Of a DNA stretch of 64,000 bases, positions 54,044-64,000 are shown piece after piece (the first letter of the stretch is position 1; the number at the start of each line of letters is the position of its first letter). Where the stretch lies: the NCBI RefSeq assembly GCF_006345805.1, contig NC_043010.1, forward strand, positions 53,196,001-53,260,000. Reading direction: 5' to 3'. Source of the stretch: Octopus sinensis (Eukaryota). A model generated the notes under the pieces. The model worked only from the letters and a program-made list of their open reading frames with translations. It was not told the origin of the DNA and made no database searches. The translations under genes were made by a program, and so were the position numbers.

Positions 54044-54421
54044 CTGCTGCTGAGGAGGAGATAATCACTCCGAAAAGCATGCATTCAAGAATTAGATATG
54101 CTGTACACTGACTCGGTGTATTTACACCTCTTTGTCTGCAGTAAGAAATTTTCTTCGCGACAAAACAGTGAAGGGGGTTTCATACGGGTTCGAATAATTA
54201 TCAAGCATAATTAAACAGGTAACAAGTTCGTTTGTATACACAGCACTGTTTAGCGCTGTCATTCCATATTTTATTTACGGGAATGAGAACAGAATAATGC
54301 GAGCAATCATTGATCGATGACGGGAATATCAAAATCAAGACTTGTTTCTGATGTCCGTTCGCAGCGACTATCTCTCCTGCTGAAGAGGAGATAACAACTC
54401 CGATATGCGTGCATTCAACAG
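54044..54421 (+). ncRNA. Two hammerhead motifs in direct repeat, 330 nt apart (retrozyme-like or pLTR unit)
   Basis: CTGAGGA-GGAG-ATAATCA-CTCC-GAAA-AGCATGCA-TT-CA at 54050, and CTGAAGA-GGAG-ATAACAA-CTCC-GATA-TGCGTGCA-TT-CA at 54380. Confidence 0.7.
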
Positions 54422-54440
54422 TTTGGCTGATATGGTAACA

Positions 54441-54518
<78 letters not shown>

Positions 54519-55015
54519 ACTAATATGCACATTTCTCTGTCATGGTCTTACAAACCTCAATATTAAGCTGTTTTCTTTTGCCAATACACGGTGAGCGCTT
54601 ACAAACTTTAAGCTTCTGATTATCATTGTTACAGAATTTTCACTTCCTTTAACGCACAATACACATGTTTATTTGTTTACACAACGCTAGAAAACTATAG
54701 TTCTTAAATCTAATTAGAAGAAGTTGGTGTAATCGGTTGACACACTTATCGTGCTTTATAAGACTTGGCGGGGTCGGTCCCCACTTTCTTTCCGTCGAGG
54801 TTTATATGCCTCAATATCAGGCTATTTTCTTTAGCTTAATAAAGGGTGAGCACTTCTAAGCTTTGAGATAATCATTTACATATACTTATTTATTTATTTG
54901 TTTATTTATTTGTTTATTTATTTATTTATACACACACACAAATATGTATATAACAATAACACGAATAATAATATTAATAATGATGATGATGATGATGAAG
55001 ATGGTGATAATAATG

Positions 55016-55073
<58 letters not shown>

Positions 55074-55199
55074 ACGACGACGACGATGATGATGACGACG
55101 ACGACGACGACGACGACGACGATGATGATGATGATGAGGATGATGATGATGGTGATAATTAAATGAGACAGCTAGTTAGCAGAGTCTCATCAAAAAGGA

Positions 55200-55472
55200 A
55201 GCAGTAAATATGACTGAAGATGTTAGAACACCTACATTGCTAGAAATAAGAACTAAATGGCTCTGTTACTGCTGTCAACGCACATATAATTGTATACACA
55301 CATATCGACAGCGACCGTAGATGGTCGGAGGCTAACCACTTCCCGGTCATCTACGGTCGCTACTGGAGTGTTTGTATACAATTATATGTGTGTTGACAGC
55401 AGCAACAGAGCCTCTTAGGTCTTATTTCTACCAATGTAGGTGTTCTAAAAGCCTCAGTCATATTTTACTGCT
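55200..55472. repeat. Long fold-back element (arms about 135 bp, loop about 10 nt)
   Basis: GCAGTAAATATGACTGA...AGCGACCGTAGATG pairs with CATCTACGGTCGCT...TCAGTCATATTTTACTGC. Confidence 0.9.
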
Positions 55473-55729
55473 ATTTTGGCCGCTGGTCATTTCCCCAATT
55501 ACAGCCAACGAATCTAGTCAACACACAAGACAGCCATTATGGTCCCCCCACACACACAAAACACCACCACGTGGACTCTGTTGAGACAAGTAGGAAACAT
55601 TTATGAACTTTTTTATTACACTTAACTATTAAAATTACTTTTGATAAGGTTCGTTTTTTCAAGAACCGAAACATGTAAAATTTCTAAGAAAATTAAAATT
55701 TATCTTATATAGTGGCGTTTCCAAACTTC

Positions 55730-55764
<35 letters not shown>

Positions 55765-56289
55765 GAATGAAACCATGTTGTCTTCGAAACATATGTCGAG
55801 AGTAAAGGAATTTTAACATCGTTCGACTCCATTCTTTCAGTTATTCATATATAACACACAAATTTCTGCAAATGAACCCGGAGTTTCTACCCTTGGACAG
55901 GTCGCTCCAACCGTGTTTCTGACGTGAATTTGCTACCCTGGTATCGGTTCAACGAATTTTCCATGCTGACGATAAACATAGGATAATTCATTCACCTATT
56001 GAAATATATATATATATATACATATATATTGTATTGATTTGGGGCAAATGCTCGCCCTGTTTTTCAAGTATAATTCAAAAAGAAAGTATTTTTTTACGTA
56101 CCTTTATTCAACAACCCATCACCCATTTTCTTATATTTCTTACCTTTCAACATTTCTGAGACACCTTCATCAGCCTAGCCCCCCAAGACTTGGCATCTCT
56201 CTGGGTTATGAAATGGTCTCAGGGGTTTATACAGCCTTCTAAAGAATTAAAGTGTTTTCGATGATGTGTATTTTGTAGGAATCAAAATA

Positions 56290-56960
56290 AATAGTAATTC
56301 GAAGGTGCAAATCAAGTGAATATATATCAATTCCTGACAGGTCTGCAAGAAAGCATGAAGCCTAGTGGTGTTCTGGAGGAAAACGACACCATTTCGATAG
56401 GCCAATTCTGGACAATTTCATGAACTGTTTCTTTTAATCGGGAAAAACATTTGTCTGGATTCAACATCTGATTATGGGTAAAGAGCTCATAGCCCTCATT
56501 GCCCTTCCATTCCCACTACACGCAAAGGATCACTCGCCTTCAGACAATGACTGGCTTTTGGAGTGATTAAAAGTGGTTCGCTTTCGTCTCCTCCAGGACA
56601 TATTGTAAACAATCCAAATGTTTTCCCCTGTGATCGAGCCTTTCAAAAATGAATTGCTTTCGTTGCGCTTGAACAAAGGGTCCCAAGTGTTATGTTTTTC
56701 CTGCTAAACTACGAGGCCCAAACGTAATGGCGACTAATGAATCGAAGTGCTTTCAAACTCCTTATAACACTCGTATGAGATATGTAGCGTGTTTCTGAAT
56801 TATAATTCCTTACCACCCTATGACCCCAATAGGCTTCATGCGATTCTTGGAAGTGTAGTCAATTCTTAGCTACAATAGCGACAACATGAATTTCTTTCAT
56901 CTATTTCCTCTGTTAAAATATTTGAGAAATATTATATTGATGTGTCCTACTGGTTAAAAT
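56290..56960 (-). pseudogene. Mariner (DD34D-type) transposase relic
   Basis: RNESNSFLKGSITGENIWIVY (cf. FLxRLITGDEKWIxY) and PELAYRNGVVFLQNTTRLH (cf. RPELVNRKGVVFHQDNARPH). Confidence 0.7.
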
Positions 56961-57078
56961 TCTATTTATTTATTTGTGAAGCTGCATTAAATTGATGAAT
57001 AATTTCATTGTTAAATTAAATGGAGCCGCTTGAAACGGTCGTACTGCATCACTACTTGATATCCTGTTGCTTATTTTG

Positions 57079-57125
<47 letters not shown>

Positions 57126-57483
57126 AATATGTATATTATTATTTTACTATGCTAATTATGTTATTGATTTGATGGTCGCAAGCATGCACAAGATAGTTAC
57201 TGGCCTCTAGAGTCAGAGTCACGATATATGTATCATAAAATATCAATACAAATTTAAGGCCGCAGCCACCATCTTCTTCTGGAGTTATAGCCTGGATACA
57301 GCACCACTGATATAGTACTTTTCAGTAACACTGAGCAGCTTGCGCGCTCGTACGTCTATCACGTTGAGATATTCGTATGTATGTATGTATGTATGTATGT
57401 ATGTATGTATGTATGTATGTATGCAGGCATACATGCATGCATGCATGCATGTATGTATGTATGTATGTATGTATGTATGTATG

Positions 57484-57700
57484 TAGGTGTCTTCAAAATA
57501 AAGCTGGGCCTCTTCCTGTCAGGTGTCCCAGATGAACCAACTTCGCGGCAGGAGGTGCAGATGAGGGCAGCTGCATCAAACTCTCTCATGCACCAAATGT
57601 CAATTGCTAAAAAGTATTCGTGAAGTAAAATTATGTATCAACAACAAATGACGGTGCCCCAGCATGGCCACAGCTCGTGAGCTGAAACTAGATGAAAAAA
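57484..57700 (+). mobile_element. CR1/L2-like LINE 3' end (copy 2) within (TATG)n
   Basis: Highly similar to 22850-23050; ends CGGTGCCCCAGCATGGCCACAGCTCGTGAGCTGAAACTAG. Confidence 0.75.
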
Positions 57701-58612
57701 AATGTATGTATGTATGTATGTATGCATGTATGTATGTATGTATGTATGCATGTATATATGGTCGTATGTATGTATGTATGCATCTATATAATCAGTAGGG
57801 TTGTTTTAGTTTCGAATTTTTCCGTGAGTTTTCATATTACCCATGCTCTAAAGTTTGCTAAGTTCATACATCCTTACAATGACTTTCACACACTTTTCAT
57901 AACCCACTGATAATAATAAATAGGGCGATATGTGTAATACATACATTAAAAATGGGTCAATCATATCTTAACCAAGTCGATAATGAAAACCACAAAATGG
58001 CGTCCACTTAATGTATAACTGGAAATCGTTTGCTGCTTTTATTTTTTTCAAATTTTATCTGCAACGATCGATTTATTGAACAATGTTGTTAAATACAAAG
58101 GAAAAAAAATAGGGTAAAAATTCACTGGAATCTGCACTTCGATCCTCCTTAATTTATTGAAATAGTAAGAATAATTTGAATACGTTCGATTTATTTTTGA
58201 GAAAGTTCGTTTCGGAAAATGAAAGACTGAAAACAGTCGTTTTAACACGTCGTGGAGACGGAAGCCTTCACAAACATTGTATTCATATCAAAGATAATAA
58301 ATGTTCGATTTGATTTTATATTTCAACATCTTTTTACACTATACAAGAGAAATGGTCTTATGCAATTAACCGAATCTCTCGAATCTTTATTCGGATATGC
58401 AATTAATCGATTCGTTTTGACATAGATTTTATGCACAGTACTCTACATTTGAGTTTAGAAACGCCATGTGATTCTCTTGTATATTGTGAAGCGGAATTGA
58501 CTATATAATACCACAGACACTACACATGTATATGTGTGTGTGCGTGTATGTGTGTGCGTGTGTGTATATATATATTAATATATATATATGTTTATATGTA
58601 TATATATATATG

Positions 58613-58694
<82 letters not shown>

Positions 58695-58930
58695 CATATA
58701 GGCCAACCAGTAGGTGTCATAATAATACTCAGAGTTTTAAATACCGGAGCTAAAAGCTTTTAGGCATTTCCATCAGTTATTAAGACACGAACGCTCTGAA
58801 AAAACTGCTGGCAAACATGTTTTGGATTCTACACCTAAAATCTCCTATCTAAACTTTAATCTTAAATACAACTTTACATATATGTGTGTCTGTATGTGTG
58901 TGAGTATGTATGTATATATACATAAATATA

Positions 58931-59340
58931 AGGTGCAATGGGTAGATTGTTGCCATTTCATATTTTTAATTTTCCGCATACACATTGTTTGCTGTGGATT
59001 TTGTCGACTGCATAGTATAATAGGGTCAGTTGGGCACCTTCTGTGAAAAAGATAGTACCATGACGCAATTCCCTTTGCCAGAAAGTTGGAAACGACATGC
59101 TTTACTGCTTGGCATTCGCGCCGGAAGCTACAGAAAACAACCGTTTCTGCGATCACATCACCTTTAACATTTGGCCACCCAACTGTCCAAACTGCAACTC
59201 CTTTCATTATTATGTATGGGATGCAGTCGAGTGAGAGACCAACAAAACTTCTTGTATCACCAAAGATGAACTGAAGGCAAAGATTATGGCAGCATTGACC
59301 AACATAACAAGGAGACCGTCCAGAAAAGTTGCAGGATTAG
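58931..59340 (+). pseudogene. Tc1/mariner superfamily (maT/DD37D-like) deleted relic
   Basis: IWPPNCPNCNSFHYYVWDAVERETNKTSCITKDELKAKI (cf. WPPNSPDxNPLDYxVW). Confidence 0.72.
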
Positions 59341-59342
59341 AG

Positions 59343-59515
59343 TTAGGGCTGCCAATGTTTCTCCGCCCTGCAACAAGCTCTCCGAAAAGGACATCCTTTG
59401 GTATCCGACCATCCTCCGTACGGTGAACGTGGCCAAGCCAGCGCAGTCGACGTTTTCTTAGCAAGGTGAGCATGGTGGGGAGGCCCGCACAAGACAGAAC
59501 GCAAACCTCTGCAAA
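59343..59515 (-). pseudogene. RTE (BovB-like) ORF fragment
   Basis: LRKRRLRWLGHVHRTEDGRIPKDVLFGELVAGRR is a typical RTE C-terminal motif. Confidence 0.85.
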
Positions 59516-59662
59516 CGAGACTGCCATTCTCGCATCGGTCTCTGCAGCCACAGGAGACGTTGCAAAAACTGAATAGACAACTCAACGGATGGATTACATC
59601 ATCCATGGATCGATGGACGGACGGATGGATGGATTGCTAGCTAGCTAGATAGATAGACAGAC

Positions 59663-59745
<83 letters not shown>

Positions 59746-59868
59746 AACAGACAGTCAGAGCAAAAGAGGCAGACAGACAGAGAGACAGAGACACATACAT
59801 ACAGACAGAGACACATACATACAGACAGAGACACATACAGCCAGACATAGAAACAGACAGAGACACTA

Positions 59869-59987
<119 letters not shown>

Positions 59988-59998
59988 ATAAATAGATA

Positions 59999-60076
<78 letters not shown>

Positions 60077-60077
<1 letters not shown>

Positions 60078-60175
60078 TGTTTCTTTATTAGCCACACAGG
60101 GCTGCACACAGATAGAACAAATTACAAGGTAGAGCTTTTCTTTTGAAGGTTTAAAAAAAAAATTTTTTTAAATAA

Positions 60176-60206
<31 letters not shown>

Positions 60207-61608
60207 TAACAAATAAAATAAAATAAAAAAGGGGGGTCGATCAAAAGGGATCGTAAAAGGAGAGAAAGGACAAAAAAAAGGGGGGGTTAAAAAAAAGGGG
60301 GAGAGGAAAAAAAATTGATCAATAGGGATCGTTATCACAGAAATGTCAATATGAAGTGTAAAGGGGAGGACAGGTGAGGTTTACCCGTGGAAAGAAAAGC
60401 CTACGGAAAAGACCACGGTAACCTCGGTCAATGAAGTCACATGTTATTTTCTTTTTTTTTTTGCAAATAAGCAACTCTCTGTATTAATTTTTACGGTTCA
60501 TATAATCATAGTCAAGGTGGCTTCGTCATTCATACGTGCCATTCTTGCTACATTCACCCATCTTTTTTTAAAACATTCACTAGACAAAACTTGCCTCTCT
60601 ACTCTCACTTTTTTCTTCAGTGATACTTGAAGAAGTTGATGAGAGATTGACCAGAGAGGAAAGTGTTTGTCTCTAATCCTTTCAGACGCGTCCACCAGAT
60701 ACATTCTTTCGCCATAGCCACAAGTATGATAAAAATAGCTCTTCCTTCCCGTTTGAAGGAAGGAGGCGTGACGATATTAACGATAGACTCGGCTGATAAA
60801 CCGACACGTCCCACACGTGACAGCAGTCGTTCGACATAAGCCCACAGGTGGGAAATTGCTGGACACTGCACGATTGCGTGCAGAGCGGTTTCGTCGCTCT
60901 GCCCGCATCTCGGGCAGGTCGGCCCCGTGTTTTCTCGAGCCATGCCTATAGAGCTTATCCCGAACGGGTAGCGCTTCTCGGTAGCACTGCCAGGCCAGGG
61001 ATCTCTGGAAGTTGTCCATAGGTCCCGGGCCGAAAGTCGTTTGAAACAGGCGGGTCAGGTATTCCTCGTCGACGCCCAGGTTTGCCCCGAGCTCGTCGTC
61101 GTACCTCCCCTCCACTAATCCCTTATAGAATGCTTTGGTTGTGTTGAAGTTACTCAAGGTCGACCCGGGACGGCAGAGTTGCTTGAGAGCAACGCGACAC
61201 TCGCGGTGCCATTCGCCCTTCTTCGGCCTCTTTTTGATCCACGACTGTAGTTCGGTCATGGAGACGAGTTGCGGGAATGCGTGCCTCACAAACGGCGACC
61301 ACACCTGTTCACCGTCGTCTACATAGAGCCGGAGATGTCGCAGTCTCAGCGCGTGTCTGCGCATCATCAACCACGGCATGCCCAGCCCTCCTTTTAACGG
61401 GTGTTGACAGCAAATGGATCGCCTGACCATCGGGACGCATCCTTTCCACAAGAAGCGGAAGAGGATGCGTTCTAGTTTGGTGATGGTAGGGTCGGGACAA
61501 GGTACGACGGTCAGGCGGTAGTAGATGATGGACGCGATGTACGCGTTCACCACCTCCGCCCGACCTTTTAGGGACAGTTTCCTCTCGGCCCATTGCTGGG
61601 CGAGAGTG
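60077..61608 (-). mobile_element. L1/Tx1-clade LINE, 5'-truncated, inserted in (GATA)n
   Basis: W..RKLSLKGRAEVVN...LERILFRFLW...PLKGGLGMP and a CCHC finger CPRCGQSDETALHAIVQCP; T-rich 3' UTR with AATAAA; (GATA)n on both sides. Confidence 0.9.
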
Positions 61609-61674
<66 letters not shown>

Positions 61675-61996
61675 GATAGATAGACAGTTCCGACTTCAAC
61701 ACTGATTATAGAATGCTTTATAACCAATTTTGTATATCACTCACTTTCTCATTCTTTCTGTCTGCCTTTCTTTCTTGCCCCGTATATAAGTGTATGTGTG
61801 TTTGACTGTATGTGTATGTGGGTGTAGATGTTCTACGTTATGCAAGGTATGTATTATGTGTGTACCATTGTATAATACATTTGAAAGTATAAAATGTGGA
61901 ATTTAAGATACTGTGACCCTTTATATTGATATAATGAATATAGAGACAGCATCATACAAATACAGAGTGAAAGGGGAGATAGATAGATAGATAGAT

Positions 61997-62046
<50 letters not shown>

Positions 62047-62120
62047 CAGATAGATAGATTGATAAATAGATAGATAGATAGATAGATAAAGAGATAGTGA
62101 GCTACATACATATAGATATA

Positions 62121-62158
<38 letters not shown>

Positions 62159-62246
62159 AAGAAAGAAAGAAAGAAAGACAGAGAGATTAATAAATTATAT
62201 GCATACATATATACATAAATTCATAATATATAGATGTATCTATCTA

Positions 62247-62293
<47 letters not shown>

Positions 62294-63680
62294 TATACGT
62301 ATATATAGGTGGGTATATTTTGAATAACAATCCATAAACGCATATATACATATAGAGATATATTTATACACATACATACACCATACACATACACACACAC
62401 ACGTGCATACACAAAAATACATACATAGGCACAGGCACACTTACATTGGTACATACATACATACATACATACATGCATACATACACATATACATGAATAC
62501 ATACATACATGCGTACATACATACATACATAATATATGCATAAATGCATACATACATACGTATATACACAATATATGCATACATATATACATACATACAT
62601 ACATACGTAAATACATAATACTTACATACATGCATATATACATACATACGTACATACATAATACTTACATATATGCATACATACATACATAAAACATACA
62701 TTTATAAATAAATACATACATACGTACATACATAATACATACATGCATATATACATACATGCATACATACGTACGTACACACATAATACATACATATATG
62801 CATACATACATACATACATACGTATATATATATAATAATGCATATATACATATAAACATACATACGTATATACATAATATATGCATACATGAATACATGA
62901 ATACATACATACATACATACATACATACATACATACATACATACATACATACATACATACATACATACATACGAGGACACCGGTGCACTTTCCTCTGTTT
63001 TTATTAATAATCTTTAAACCGGGAGACATTTATGCGTACATCGTCCTGTGACAAGCAAGCATTATCCTACGCAACACACACCTTAGAGACCATAACAGTT
63101 TGATATATCTATTCCTGTCTAGCGTTTGTCGTATCTCATATATTTATGCCTTTGTATACGCATGCGCCCAGTCACAGATACTATCATAAAGAACGAAGAC
63201 GTACGTACAGACGCGTGCATATTTAACATATACGCCATGCGTACGCTTGCGCCTGTTGTTTATCAAAGAGGTTGTGTCTGAGATAATTCGGAGGCATTCA
63301 AGGATGGCTTATGAATATAAATATGCCACAACAAGATCGAGATAGACTAACCCAATACACACGCATGCGCACAAACTCATACACGCAACAAGCACGAATC
63401 AGGATGGGGAGGAGGATGTGCGCACACGCAAACACACGCACACGCACACACATAAGTACAAATGTATGGACATGTATGAAATATATAAATGTGTGTATGT
63501 GTATATGTATGTATGTATATATATATATATATATGGATATATGAATATATATAATATATATATATTACATTATATATATACATTATATATATACATATAT
63601 ATATACATACATGTATACGCAAGTATATATGTGCATATATATATATAAATATGTATATATATATATACATATATATATAT

Positions 63681-63747
<67 letters not shown>

Positions 63748-64000
63748 TATCCGTGTGTGTGTATATTCATATATGCAATCATACATACACACATACAAGC
63801 ATATTTACATTATATGCATCACCTTGTGTATATGTGCCATTTATGTACATATATATTTATTTATTATTATATTTATATGTGTATATATATATATGCAAAC
63901 ATATCAATATCCACGAATTATGTGTACATATTTATGTGTATGTATGTATGTATATGTGTGTATGTGTGTGTATGTGTATGTGCGCACGCGTAGGTGTGTA

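Noticed and set aside
54944-55162. ORF with poly-M/I/N/D tracts
   Set aside because: Compound trinucleotide microsatellite.
56140-56175. Minus-strand CTGATGAAGGTGTCTCAGAAA
   Set aside because: Stem I does not pair; probably a chance match within a transposon relic.

Overview
This is AT-rich, microsatellite-dense eukaryotic DNA, probably intergenic or intronic. The SINE families and repeat style look like a cephalopod (octopus-type) genome, which is my inference. I found no confident host protein-coding gene; almost every listed ORF is a translation of (TA)n, (TG)n, (TATG)n, (GATA)n or (TAT)n tracts. The window is a layered transposon graveyard: one complete but dead Tc1 element with TIRs and TA target sites, mariner relics, four tRNA-derived SINE families (about 30 copies, several with TSDs), LINE relics of the R4/Dong, RTE, CR1/L2-like and L1/Tx1 groups, and several Penelope-like element (PLE) remnants (RT and GIY-YIG). 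The most notable signal is a set of about 10 type I hammerhead-ribozyme-like motifs. They include a clean 38-nt copy at 25521-25558, a pair exactly 330 nt apart (54050/54380) resembling a non-LTR retrozyme unit, and one inside a young inverted+direct repeat cassette at 7022-8142. Other points: a SINE and a LINE sharing a 3' stem-loop, a Tx1 element embedded in (GATA)n, a 5'-inverted R4-like element, SINE trimers, and a minisatellite that appears derived from a SINE segment. All coordinates were read by eye and may be off by a few bases. There is a 100-N gap at 33005-33104.
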